Of a DNA stretch of 64,000 nt, positions 36,830 through 46,037 are shown piece by piece (positions within the stretch are counted from its first letter, which is position 1; every line of letters begins with the position of its first letter). The translations under genes and the position numbers were made by a program. Origin of the DNA: Bdellovibrionia bacterium. GTDB taxonomy: Bacteria; Bdellovibrionota; UBA1018. The notes under the pieces are model-generated. The model saw only the letters and a list, made by a program, of their open reading frames with translations, was not told the DNA's origin and did no database searches. The stretch is taken from contig JBBARP010000001.1 in assembly GCA_040399745.1 (NCBI GenBank), forward strand, positions 138,617 to 202,616, read 5' to 3'.

Positions 36830-38581
36830 ATGGGACGGGGTTGGGCTTGGGCCAAGATGGCCTGGGTAGGGGCAGGATTGTCCGCTGGCTTGGGGATGAT
36901 GGGCGGGACTGGAACGGCAGAGGCCTTCACTGAGGGCCTTTCCGAGCAAGGACGGCCCCTGCGCTGGATGGGAAGACCGCGCTTGGATTTGGCGGGTTAT
37001 CCCGTCAATCGAAGTGGGATCGGTAGCGAGTTCCTTTTTTCGACCGTGGTGCGATCGCTTCAGCTTTGGCAGGACGCCTCGCTCGGTCAAGTCGAGTTCG
37101 ACTACTGGCAGGGCCTGAATCCGAAAGTTTACGAACCCAACAGTGATTTCAACGGACTTTCGAGTCTCTATTTTTCGAGCTCGGGTGGACAGGCGCTTGG
37201 GCCTTCGGTCTTAGGCATGACGCAAGTTTGGTACGCCGTCGAGACGGGAGAAATCCTGGAAGCCGATGTTCAGCTGAACGACGTGGATTTTCGATTTTCT
37301 ACCAACGAAGCAGATACGTCTTCGCAGGGCTCGCGAAGTGTTTATCTCGCGAACGTGGTGGCTCATGAACTCGGCCACGCTTACGGTTTGTCTCATAGTG
37401 GGGTGGCTCAAGCTTCCATGTTCCCCATCGAAGCATCGGGCCAAAGCGAACCCACCTGCGACGATCAGGCGGGGATTCGCAGCATCGCGATCGGGTCCCG
37501 AGGTGCCGGCCGTGGAGAAGTGAGTGGGAGAATTCTGTCGGAAACCTCAGGAGGCCCGGTATTTGGCGCGCACGTCGTTGCCGTCTCGCGAACTTTGGGA
37601 AGGGTTGAGGGCTCGGCAGTGAGTGGACCGTCCGGTGAATTTAGAATCGGAGGGCTCGATCCGGGGGAGGTGCATCTTTTTGTGGAACCCTATTTTTTGG
37701 GAGGGGGTTCATTGCCGACGCCTTACCAAGGAATTCAGCCCCGGATTTGCCCGGCAGGGAATTACTTCTCTCGAACTTGGTGGATGAATCCTTCGGGCTT
37801 GGCTGAGCCTTTGGCGATCGCCATTCCTTCAGGCGGGGCTGCGCGCGCTCCGGATCTCGGGGTTCGTTGTTCAGGCACGAGCGACTTCTCTGCGTCGGTT
37901 GCTGCCATCCCCGGAACCTCTTCACTGTCGAGCGCGCCTCGTTTGGAGTGGAGGAGTGATCAGACCTTGGCGTTCGTCGATCGAATTGACTCGGGCGCAA
38001 CTTATTACCGGATCGGTTTTCTGTCGGGGACTCTGGAGGTGCGGACCACCGCGATTGCCCTCTTCTCGCAAGCCGCAACGAGGCTGAAGCTTCTGGATTC
38101 ACGGGGGCGCTGGATCTCAGCGGGCATTTCCCAGATCTCAGAAAGTGGCGATTCCCGGCTTCGTGCTGAAGCTTTGCCGCTGGACGAGTATGTTCTGAAA
38201 GTTGAAAAATTCTCAGCGAGCGGATCCGACTATCCCACGGGTGGCTTGGGGGTCGATCAGGTGCCATTCTTGCTCGTGACGGGAAGCTGGGGTGGCGGTT
38301 CATCCCCAAGTCAGGCTTTGGGATCGCTGTGCTCGCTTCCGACTCCTCAGCGTTCTTACCAAAGCCCTGCGGGCGATCCCAGGCGCCATTCGATGGACCG
38401 TGAAACGAGTATCGGGTTTTGCGGAAGTATTCGGCGTGCGGGAAGCGGGGATTGGAAGGGAAGTCCGGACTCCGGTCGATTTGAATCCGAGTGGGCAAGA
38501 GCCGTTCGCTTCTTCCTCCCTTTTTCGGCCATTGCTGTGGCTTGGCGGTGGCAGAGGCGGCGACGCCTTCCGACTCACTGA
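36830..38581 (+). CDS. Matrixin-family metalloprotease with carboxypeptidase-regulatory-like domain and C-terminal anchor
   Basis: GEILEADVQLN, HELGHAYGLSH, Met-turn ASMFP, SGRI...FGAHVVA...GEFRIGGL, GFCGSI...hydrophobic...RRRR. Confidence 0.85.
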   Translation: MGRGWAWAKMAWVGAGLSAGLGMMGGTGTAEAFTEGLSEQGRPLRWMGRPRLDLAGYPVNRSGIGSEFLFSTVVRSLQLWQDASLGQVEFDYWQGLNPKVYEPNSDFNGLSSLYFSSSGGQALGPSVLGMTQVWYAVETGEILEADVQLNDVDFRFSTNEADTSSQGSRSVYLANVVAHELGHAYGLSHSGVAQASMFPIEASGQSEPTCDDQAGIRSIAIGSRGAGRGEVSGRILSETSGGPVFGAHVVAVSRTLGRVEGSAVSGPSGEFRIGGLDPGEVHLFVEPYFLGGGSLPTPYQGIQPRICPAGNYFSRTWWMNPSGLAEPLAIAIPSGGAARAPDLGVRCSGTSDFSASVAAIPGTSSLSSAPRLEWRSDQTLAFVDRIDSGATYYRIGFLSGTLEVRTTAIALFSQAATRLKLLDSRGRWISAGISQISESGDSRLRAEALPLDEYVLKVEKFSASGSDYPTGGLGVDQVPFLLVTGSWGGGSSPSQALGSLCSLPTPQRSYQSPAGDPRRHSMDRETSIGFCGSIRRAGSGDWKGSPDSGRFESEWARAVRFFLPFSAIAVAWRWQRRRRLPTH

Positions 38582-38600
38582 TTTCGCCCAAAGCGCTCAC

Positions 38601-38629
38601 TTGCACGCTGAAGGCGTCGCCGTTAGGCT
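38601..38629 (+). promoter_or_regulatory. Putative leaderless sigma70 promoter
   Basis: TTGCAC-17 nt-TAGGCT-6 nt-ATG(38636); no SD. Confidence 0.55.
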
Positions 38630-38635
38630 GAAGCC

Positions 38636-39211
38636 ATGAAGCTGAACCTGCGCGCTTGGGGATGGGTCTTGGGTCTGGGTTGGGGATGGATGGCTTCGGC
38701 CGCTGCGGCAGCCCCGGTTCCTGGGTCTCAAGTGGCTTTGAATCCGGATAAGGTCGTTCCCACGGACGGTCGAAAAACTCAGCACTACTTGAAAGACGGC
38801 ATTTTCGTCGGCGGTGATCATCAGGTTCAGGAAGCCGTTGTGCGAGACATTCGCCGTGCTCCGAACGCGGGCTTTGAGCGCGTGGTGATCGATCTAGAAG
38901 GCACTCGCGACGGGCTCCCCATGGGGGTTCCGCGCCCGCCCTATTATCAGGTGGCGGTGACCTCGGATGAGCAGCGGGTGGTCCTGACGGTGTTTGGAAA
39001 GCCCAAGCTTTCCTTCGATGCTCAGAAGGTTTTGGCGCATTTCAAAAAGAGCGCTTGGATTCCCAGTATCGAATTGCTGCCGCGATTGAATGACGACTCC
39101 TGGACGTTTGTCATCGGGCTGAAACCTCGGCAGTCGGTCGAAGTTTTTGAGCTCTCCAAGCCCGCTCGCATCATCTTAGACATCCGAAATGAGCCAGGAG
39201 CTTCGTCGTGA
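38636..39211 (+). CDS. Secreted hypothetical protein with AMIN-like domain
   Basis: Signal peptide; FERVVIDL and VFELSKPARIILDI resemble AMIN RxxxD motifs. Confidence 0.65.
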   Translation: MKLNLRAWGWVLGLGWGWMASAAAAAPVPGSQVALNPDKVVPTDGRKTQHYLKDGIFVGGDHQVQEAVVRDIRRAPNAGFERVVIDLEGTRDGLPMGVPRPPYYQVAVTSDEQRVVLTVFGKPKLSFDAQKVLAHFKKSAWIPSIELLPRLNDDSWTFVIGLKPRQSVEVFELSKPARIILDIRNEPGASS

Positions 39212-39756
39212 TCTGTCGCAACCGAGCATTCCTTTTCTGCAGTGTCGCCGCTCTGCTCGGAGTCACCGGGTGCGCTTCGGCCCTTCCGGTGAAACGCCAG
39301 GAGTACGCCGCTTCTCGAACCGAGCGAGTCTTAGAAGCCGAGTGGATGGATGTGCTCCGGGCGGTCGATTCGACGCTGCGGCTACAAAGGGTCGTGAAGC
39401 GCACTCCCGACACCGAAGACGTGCTTGAGCTTCGTCGTGCCGACGAGCGGACTTGGGAGACCGGCTGGATCGAATCCCAGTCGCGCGACAAGTACGTGGA
39501 GTACCAGCTAGATGGCATCCCCAAACGGAAGAACTTGGGTGTTCGACTCAAGTATCGGGTCGTCGCGGCGAAAGCGCTCGGCGGTGTCTCCTTGAAAGTG
39601 CGCCAGTGGGAGGAGCTGGAAAAACTGAATTCCCGAGGAATGTCTTTGGGCTACGACGAAGTGACCTCGGTCGATACTTCCCGTTCGGGAGAACTCCTCG
39701 AGAAGGTTCAGCAAGCGCTTTTGGCGGCTCCACCTTCGGCTGACTTGGGGCGCTGA
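39208..39756 (+). CDS. Hypothetical lipoprotein (possibly BamC/NlpB-like fold)
   Basis: Lipobox VTGC; ETGW motif; GTGA overlap with the upstream gene. Confidence 0.65.
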   Translation: MICRNRAFLFCSVAALLGVTGCASALPVKRQEYAASRTERVLEAEWMDVLRAVDSTLRLQRVVKRTPDTEDVLELRRADERTWETGWIESQSRDKYVEYQLDGIPKRKNLGVRLKYRVVAAKALGGVSLKVRQWEELEKLNSRGMSLGYDEVTSVDTSRSGELLEKVQQALLAAPPSADLGR

Positions 39757-39833
39757 GCGCGGCTCGGCAGGCTGCTGGCTGGAAAAACCGTCTGAGGGCT
39801 TGCCAAATTGTCTTTCAGGCCCAATTTGAGGGC

Positions 39834-42368
39834 ATGGCCGAAGCGGATTTCGACACGGCAACCTCTGAGTCTTCGCAGCTTCCCGAGCGCTCGGGTGGGC
39901 TGGTCCTTCCCGACCAGATTCTGCCCCCGAACTTGTTCGTGCTGCCGGTGAATAACACGGTTGTTTTTCCGACCTTGATGTCGCCATTGGTCGTCAACGT
40001 CCCTCGCTTCACCTCGACCGTCGAAGAAGCGATTGGGCGTCAGCGCTGGCTGGGGCTTTTGCTCGTGAAAGAGGGCGAAGTCCGCGAGGAACTGAAGAGC
40101 GACGATCTTTACCGCACGGGCGTGATCGTGAAGATTTTGAAACGCCTGAAATTGCCGGATGGCTCCAGCAATCTTTTGGTCCATAGCGTGAAGCGCATTC
40201 ACGCCAAACGCTTCCTGGCTGAAGAGCCGCACCTGGTAGTCGAGGCCGAGTACCTGGAAGACCAAGTCGAGAAGTCGACCGAGATGGACGCTTTGTCGCG
40301 CTCGGTGATCGGTTCAGTCAAAAAGCTCAGCGAAGTGAATCCTTTCTTCACGGACGAAATGCGCGTGGCCATGCTGAATGCGCCCAGCGCCGGTGCTGTG
40401 GCTGACCTCGTTGCTTTTGCGCTTTCTTTGACGAAGTCGGAATCGCAGGAGTTCTTAGAGACGCTTTCGGTCAAGGCCCGTCACGAGCGTCTGCTCCTGC
40501 ATTTACGCCGCGAACAAGATGTGGCCGATGTGCAGCGACGCATTCACGACGAAGTAAACACGAAGGTGAGTAAGCTTCAGCGCGAGTTCTTCTTGAGGGA
40601 GCAGCTCAAGGCCATCAAGCGCGAGCTGGGCCTGGAAGAAGACGGCAAAGAAAAAACCTCACGCACTTTCCGGGAGCGGATTGAAGCGGCCGGAATGTCT
40701 GAGGATGTGAAAAAGCAGGCGCTCGAAGAGGTCTCGAAATTCGAGACCCTCTCTGAGTCGAGCCCCGAGCACCATGTCACCCGGAACTACTTGGAGACCT
40801 TGGTCTCGCTTCCTTGGAGTGTTCTGACCGAGGATAACCTGGACTTAGGCCATGCTCGCCAAGTGCTCGAAGAAGAGCACTATGGTTTGGAGAAGGTCAA
40901 AGAACGCATCATTGAATTTTTGGCCGTTCGAAAATTGAAGAACGACCGAAAGGGTTCGATCATCTGTTTGTCGGGCCCTCCGGGCGTCGGCAAGACCTCG
41001 ATCGGGAAATCCATTGCTCGCACTCTGGGCCGTAAGTTTTACCGCTTCAGCTTGGGCGGCATGCGTGATGAGGCTGAAATCAAAGGTCACCGCCGCACTT
41101 ATGTGGGCGCTATGCCGGGTAAGGTGATCAACGCCATTCGCCGGGCGGGCGCCAAGAACGCAGTGATCATGCTCGATGAAATCGACAAGCTCGGTGCGTC
41201 CTTCCAAGGGGATCCGGCTTCGGCACTGCTTGAGGTGCTCGATCCCGAGCAAAACGCCTCGTTCCTCGATCATTACTTGGATGTGCCTTTTGATTTGTCG
41301 CAGGTGCTTTTTGTGGCCACCGCGAACAACCTTTCCACTATTCCGGGGCCGCTCCTCGACCGGATGGAAGTGATCGAAATTCCCGGCTACACACTGGAAG
41401 AAAAAGAACAGATCGCGGTTCGCCACGTCGTGCCGAAAGAACTCTCGCAGCACGGGTTAAAGACGCCTCAGTTGCGGTTTGATCGCACAGCGCTTCGCCG
41501 CATGATGCAGGATTACGCGCGCGAGCCGGGGCTTCGCTCCCTTCAACAGCAAGTGGCACGAATTTGCCGAAAAGTGGCGGCGCGACTTGTTGAAAACCCG
41601 AAACAAAAACCCATTCGCATCGAAGAGAAGGATCTGTCCACTTGGCTTGGGCCAAAGCGGTTCTTCAATGAGATGGCTGAACGCGTGACGAGCCCCGGCG
41701 TTGTCACGGGCTTGGCCTGGACAGCGATGGGCGGAGATATCCTCTTCATCGAAGCGACCGATCTTCCGGGCGCAGGCACCTTGAAGCTCACGGGGCAAAT
41801 GGGCGAGGTGATGACCGAGTCCGCCGCGATTGCTTGGACGTTTGTGAAGAAGCGCGCTTTGCGTGATCTGAAGCTTGAGCCTGAATGGTTCAAGCAGAAC
41901 GACATTCACCTTCACATTCCTGCGGGCGCCATTCCGAAGGATGGCCCTTCGGCAGGAATCACGATGGCTACGGCCTTTTACTCGCTGCTGTCGGGGCGAA
42001 AGGTCCGCCAAAGGATTGCGATGACGGGCGAGCTTTCTTTGATTGGTAAGGTGCTGCCGGTGGGTGGCATTCAGGAAAAGCTTTTAGCGGCTCGCCGCGC
42101 CGGAATTACGACGGTGATTTTGCCCAAGCTCAATGAAAAAGACGTTGCTGAAGTGCCCGCTTACGCGCTCGAAGGAATGCGTCTGCATTTCGTCTCAACC
42201 TGGGACGAAGTGCTGACGGTTGCCGTTGAGCCGAAAGTCGCTGCCCCTAAGCGAGCGCGAGTGAAGGGTGCGGCCAAAGTCATTCGGACGGCTGTGAAGT
42301 CGCCCACTTTGAAGCGCACCTCAAGCAAGCGGGCTTCTTCGGCTAAATCACTTCCCCGCAGGGGCTGA
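39834..42368 (+). CDS. lon: ATP-dependent protease La
   Basis: GPPGVGKT, HRRTYVGAMPG, PKDGPSAG, GGIQEK. Confidence 0.97.
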   Translation: MAEADFDTATSESSQLPERSGGLVLPDQILPPNLFVLPVNNTVVFPTLMSPLVVNVPRFTSTVEEAIGRQRWLGLLLVKEGEVREELKSDDLYRTGVIVKILKRLKLPDGSSNLLVHSVKRIHAKRFLAEEPHLVVEAEYLEDQVEKSTEMDALSRSVIGSVKKLSEVNPFFTDEMRVAMLNAPSAGAVADLVAFALSLTKSESQEFLETLSVKARHERLLLHLRREQDVADVQRRIHDEVNTKVSKLQREFFLREQLKAIKRELGLEEDGKEKTSRTFRERIEAAGMSEDVKKQALEEVSKFETLSESSPEHHVTRNYLETLVSLPWSVLTEDNLDLGHARQVLEEEHYGLEKVKERIIEFLAVRKLKNDRKGSIICLSGPPGVGKTSIGKSIARTLGRKFYRFSLGGMRDEAEIKGHRRTYVGAMPGKVINAIRRAGAKNAVIMLDEIDKLGASFQGDPASALLEVLDPEQNASFLDHYLDVPFDLSQVLFVATANNLSTIPGPLLDRMEVIEIPGYTLEEKEQIAVRHVVPKELSQHGLKTPQLRFDRTALRRMMQDYAREPGLRSLQQQVARICRKVAARLVENPKQKPIRIEEKDLSTWLGPKRFFNEMAERVTSPGVVTGLAWTAMGGDILFIEATDLPGAGTLKLTGQMGEVMTESAAIAWTFVKKRALRDLKLEPEWFKQNDIHLHIPAGAIPKDGPSAGITMATAFYSLLSGRKVRQRIAMTGELSLIGKVLPVGGIQEKLLAARRAGITTVILPKLNEKDVAEVPAYALEGMRLHFVSTWDEVLTVAVEPKVAAPKRARVKGAAKVIRTAVKSPTLKRTSSKRASSAKSLPRRG

Positions 42369-43010
42369 ACCGCCCGCTGCTGGTCCCACCAGATCGGCAA
42401 TCTGGTCTTCCAAGAGCTTGTAACGATCTTTCCAGTCAATGACGGAGCCGGCATCTCGGTTAGCCAAGAGCAGGTTCATCACGTGCCCTTCCAACTTCTC
42501 AACCTGGCCTTTGAGAAGAGCGTTCTCTTCGCGCATTTTGGAGGAGTCGGTCTGGTTTTCGACCTCGAGAACGCGCCGGCGAAGCTCGTCCACTTCGCGA
42601 ACTCGGAGGCGAAGGCTTTTGAGTTCGGTGGCGATATCTGCGGGGAGAGCGGCTTCCGCTGCGGGTTTCTGGCCGCTGAGAACAACTCTCAGTGCTTCGT
42701 CGGAGTGGGCCAGGATTTGAATCGTAGGCGGGGGATTCAGAGTCGAGACGTGTTTCCGAAGAATGGGGCTCAGGCCGCTGAGAACGATCTGCCCTGCTAA
42801 TTCGCGTGCCAAGGAGTCGAGTTGGCAAATGTCCTTGATGGCAGTGGGATCAATGGCGTCGACTTCGGCCATATCGATGATGATCCGGTTTTTTCCGGTC
42901 TTCAGGAGCTGAGTGAGGCCCGCTCGTAGGACCGTGTAGCTTTTCACATCGACCGAGCCGGCGATGTTGAGCGTACAGACGTCCTTTTCTTGGGCCATCC
43001 TTAGTTTCAT
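42348..43010 (-). CDS. STAS-domain protein with C-terminal coiled coil
   Basis: LNIAGSVD...RIIIDMAEVDAID...IVLSGLS STAS pattern followed by heptad-rich helix. Confidence 0.7.
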   Translation of the reverse strand: MKLRMAQEKDVCTLNIAGSVDVKSYTVLRAGLTQLLKTGKNRIIIDMAEVDAIDPTAIKDICQLDSLARELAGQIVLSGLSPILRKHVSTLNPPPTIQILAHSDEALRVVLSGQKPAAEAALPADIATELKSLRLRVREVDELRRRVLEVENQTDSSKMREENALLKGQVEKLEGHVMNLLLANRDAGSVIDWKDRYKLLEDQIADLVGPAAGGSAPAGK

Positions 43011-43411
43011 TGGTTCAGCTTCGCCTGATAGAAAAGAACCTTCATCATGTCACGGCGGGTGATGATGCCCACCAGACGCCCCTCTTGGTCGATCACGGGG
43101 AGCCTGCGGTACTTCATGGTGACGAATTTTTCGGCAATCTCGCTGAGAAGCGTCTCGGTAGTAACGGTTTCTACTTTCTTGCTGTAATGGATCTGATTAC
43201 GGAAGACGTCGCTCTCTTTTCGTTTCGCTTTCGAAAATTGGCGAATGACGTCGTAGTCAGAACACACGCCGACCATGTGACCTTCCGAGTCCACCACAGG
43301 AACACCGGTGACTCGCTCGCTGACGATGAGTTTGACCACGTCCTCGAGTGAGGTGTTTGCCTCGACGGTGAGTAGGTCAGTCGACATGATGTCGCGCGCG
43401 GTCGGTTCCAT
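43007..43411 (-). CDS. CBS-pair protein
   Basis: ARDIMS, GVPVVD..G.MVG, RLPVIDQEGRLVGIITRRD. Confidence 0.9.
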   Translation of the reverse strand: MEPTARDIMSTDLLTVEANTSLEDVVKLIVSERVTGVPVVDSEGHMVGVCSDYDVIRQFSKAKRKESDVFRNQIHYSKKVETVTTETLLSEIAEKFVTMKYRRLPVIDQEGRLVGIITRRDMMKVLFYQAKLNQ

Positions 43412-43419
43412 TAAAATGA

Positions 43420-43466
43420 AGTATATCGGCCAATTCGTTGACCTGGAAAGAGGTAAACACTAGAAT
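43420..43466. promoter_or_regulatory. Overlapping divergent sigma70-type promoters
   Basis: Plus strand TTGACC(43438)-17 nt-TAGAAT(43461); minus strand TTCCAG-17 nt-TATACT(43425-43420). Confidence 0.6.
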
Positions 43467-43476
43467 TATTGAAGAG

Positions 43477-44646
43477 ATGGAGTCCTTTCAGCTTCCGCCC
43501 ACTGTCTGGCCTCGGGTTCATGCCATGTATCCGGGCAAGACGTTCGTGAAGTTCATGTCGGCTTACCGCAATCCCAAGGCGGGTTTGCCGGCGCTTCAAT
43601 CTGCATTAGAGTTGAACCCCGGCTTTGTTCACCTCGTTCAAGGCTTCGATCTTTTCAGAAAAATGCGAGAGAAGTGGGACGATCAGCCCACCGTGGTGGG
43701 GCCTGCGCAGGCGGCTCCGGCGCCAGCGAACCCCGCAACTCCCGCTGCAGCAGGCACATCGGCTGCTCCGGCTGCGACAGGGCCAGTCGCCCGGATGACT
43801 GCGGCTCCGGCTAAAGATTTCTTATCTTCCGTTGGTAAAATTCAGGCCAGAAACGCCGTGGCGAGTCTTGCGATGATGCGCTCGGCTCAAGGGCCCTTAC
43901 CGCGGAACGCAGCCGATGATTTTACTTTTACGCCGGCGACGAAACTCAAGTACGCCCTTTTATCAGAGGATTTTCACGAGTCGCGCCGTTTAGGGCACTC
44001 GGAAGAAGCCTTTTTGGCGGGTCTTCACTACGACTGGTTCTTTGAGTTGGCGACGGCTGATAAAGCTCCTGCTGAAGTTCAGCTTGAGCTCGAGACGGCG
44101 TGGAAAGAGGGCTTTCGTGCCGCTCAGGTGGCTCGGCGAATCGCCTCAAATTATAAAAATTTGCCTCTGTCCGAATGGATTTTTGCTGCAACGATGGCGA
44201 TTTATTTGGGTCGCGCTTGGAGTGCTTGGATTTACAGCGTGAACCATCCGGGATGTGCCTTTTGGAAGGACTTCCGCTCAAAGGTAGACGCTGTGACGAC
44301 GAAGAAACGCGAAGCTTGGCGCTTTATCGAGCGCCGCATGTTTCCGCTCGTGCACACCGATCTTGCTGCGCTCTCCGCCTCATCGTTTGGATTTTTGGGT
44401 GATATCGCGCCGGTGATTGCGGCAAGCCAGGATCCGATCGTTCTTCGGAAGGTCTCTCCGGCTCACTATCAAATTGCGCTAATCGTGCGCGCGGGTCAGA
44501 TTATTTCTTCTATTCCTACCGATGATACAGTCGATTCCCGAAGCGGGCTTTTTAGCCGCTTGGATAAGTGGGTGATTAAGGAGCTGAAGCTCAGCGACTC
44601 GATCATTGGGCCGCTGCTCAAGAAACTTGAGGAGCCGCCGTCGTGA
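43477..44646 (+). CDS. Hypothetical protein, degenerate HDOD-like helical domain
   Basis: FQLPPTV, EEAFLAGLHYDW (cf. HDOD AFxAGLLHDIG), HTDLAA. Start moved to ATG 43477 because the TTG at 43438 looks like the -35 box. Confidence 0.55.
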   Translation: MESFQLPPTVWPRVHAMYPGKTFVKFMSAYRNPKAGLPALQSALELNPGFVHLVQGFDLFRKMREKWDDQPTVVGPAQAAPAPANPATPAAAGTSAAPAATGPVARMTAAPAKDFLSSVGKIQARNAVASLAMMRSAQGPLPRNAADDFTFTPATKLKYALLSEDFHESRRLGHSEEAFLAGLHYDWFFELATADKAPAEVQLELETAWKEGFRAAQVARRIASNYKNLPLSEWIFAATMAIYLGRAWSAWIYSVNHPGCAFWKDFRSKVDAVTTKKREAWRFIERRMFPLVHTDLAALSASSFGFLGDIAPVIAASQDPIVLRKVSPAHYQIALIVRAGQIISSIPTDDTVDSRSGLFSRLDKWVIKELKLSDSIIGPLLKKLEEPPS

Positions 44647-45068
44647 GTTCCGATTCGGTCCGGAAAGCACTGGAAGCCAAGGCCAAAGCGGATGCGGCTG
44701 CGAAGGCGGGCGGTTTAGGAGCAAAGCCCAAGGCGGCAGGCCTTGCCGGACTTTTACCAGCAGAGGACGTAGAAAAGCAGCGCCTCGCTGAAATACCGGC
44801 CATTCGTCACTCTTGCACGTCGTGCCAGGTCTGCGTTCCGCTTTGCCCGGCCAAGGCCATCTTCAAAGGCATAGGCCAGTTCGTGATCGACACCGACCTT
44901 TGTACGGCGTGTGGATTGTGCCTGCGGATTTGTCCCGAGAAGGCCATCTACAACGCCAAAAGAGAAGAAGAAGCGCAAAAGGCTCTCGAAGACGAAGCGA
45001 TGAAAAAAACCGCCCGTGCGATGAAAGCCGCCGGTGGCGGGGGCAGTAAACCCCCGGGCTCAAAGTAA
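44643..45068 (+). CDS. 2x[4Fe-4S] ferredoxin-domain protein
   Basis: CTSCQVCVPLCP and CTACGLCLRICP. Confidence 0.9.
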   Translation: MSSDSVRKALEAKAKADAAAKAGGLGAKPKAAGLAGLLPAEDVEKQRLAEIPAIRHSCTSCQVCVPLCPAKAIFKGIGQFVIDTDLCTACGLCLRICPEKAIYNAKREEEAQKALEDEAMKKTARAMKAAGGGGSKPPGSK

Positions 45069-45080
45069 GGAAGCTTCCGT

Positions 45081-46037
45081 TTATCGCTTGGACCCGATGG
45101 CTGCGAGCGTCCTCGAAGCTACCTGCGTGCCTGAGATTCCGTAAAGATCCAGAAGCTCTTCGCCTTCGCCGCTTTGGCCGAAGGTGTCTTGAACGCCGCA
45201 ACGGACCAGACGTGCTTTGCCGCCCGAGGTGGCCATGGCGTCGGCGACGCAACTGGCGAGGCCGCCGATGACCGAGTGATCCTCGACAGTGACAATCCAG
45301 TCGCATTCTTTGGCGAGAGTTTGAACCGTCGCTTCGTCAAAAGGCTTGAGGCTCAGCACGTTCCAAACGCTTGCGGTGATGCCCTGACCCGAAAGCAGTT
45401 CGGCGGCTTTCACGGCTTCTGCGGTACCTGCACCGGTTCCCAGCAGGGCCACGCGGGTAGAGCCCTGGCCCATTTCGCGAAGCTTCAAAAGCTTGAGCGG
45501 ATTGAAGGGAGTGGCTGAAGGGTAAAGATCCGGGAGATTCTGGCGGGTCAGGCGGATGTAGGCCGGACCTTTCCAAGTGTTCACCAGATAATCCATGAGG
45601 AGCTCGGTTTCGCGCGCGTCCATGGGTTGAAAGACGCCCATTTGGGGAAGCGCGCGCATCAGTGCAATGTCCTCGAGGCCCATTTGGCTGTGGCCATCGT
45701 CACCGATCCCGACGCCTGCGTGGGTGCCGATCATGCGCACGTTGGCCTGAGAGTAAGCGACGCTCAGGCGAATCGTGTCGTAGCGACCCGTCAGGAAGCA
45801 GCCAAAGCTGCAGAGAAAAGGCAGCTTGCCTGCGAAAGCGAGTCCTGCGGCGGTGCCAATCATGTTGGCCTCAGCTATGCCGAGATCAAAGAAGCGCTGC
45901 GGGAATTTTTTCGCAAAGAGCTCGGACTTCGTCGATTTCGCGAGATCGGCATCTAAGACGACGATTTGCGGATTCGACTCTCCGAGACGTGCCAGCGATT
46001 CACCAAAGGCCTGGCGGGTGGCTTTTCCTGAACTCAT
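45081..46037 (-). CDS. Transketolase, C-terminal subunit (split type)
   Basis: ATRQAFG, GIAEANM, DGHSQM, EDHSVIGGL. Confidence 0.92.
   Translation of the reverse strand: MSSGKATRQAFGESLARLGESNPQIVVLDADLAKSTKSELFAKKFPQRFFDLGIAEANMIGTAAGLAFAGKLPFLCSFGCFLTGRYDTIRLSVAYSQANVRMIGTHAGVGIGDDGHSQMGLEDIALMRALPQMGVFQPMDARETELLMDYLVNTWKGPAYIRLTRQNLPDLYPSATPFNPLKLLKLREMGQGSTRVALLGTGAGTAEAVKAAELLSGQGITASVWNVLSLKPFDEATVQTLAKECDWIVTVEDHSVIGGLASCVADAMATSGGKARLVRCGVQDTFGQSGEGEELLDLYGISGTQVASRTLAAIGSKR

Noticed and set aside
37641..38606. 321-aa minus-strand ORF
   Set aside because: Arg/Pro/Ser-rich off-frame composition, antisense to the matrixin gene.
43438..43476. TTG start of the HDOD-like gene in the ORF track
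   Set aside because: TTGACC fits a -35 box paired with TAGAAT at 17 nt, so ATG 43477 is preferred.
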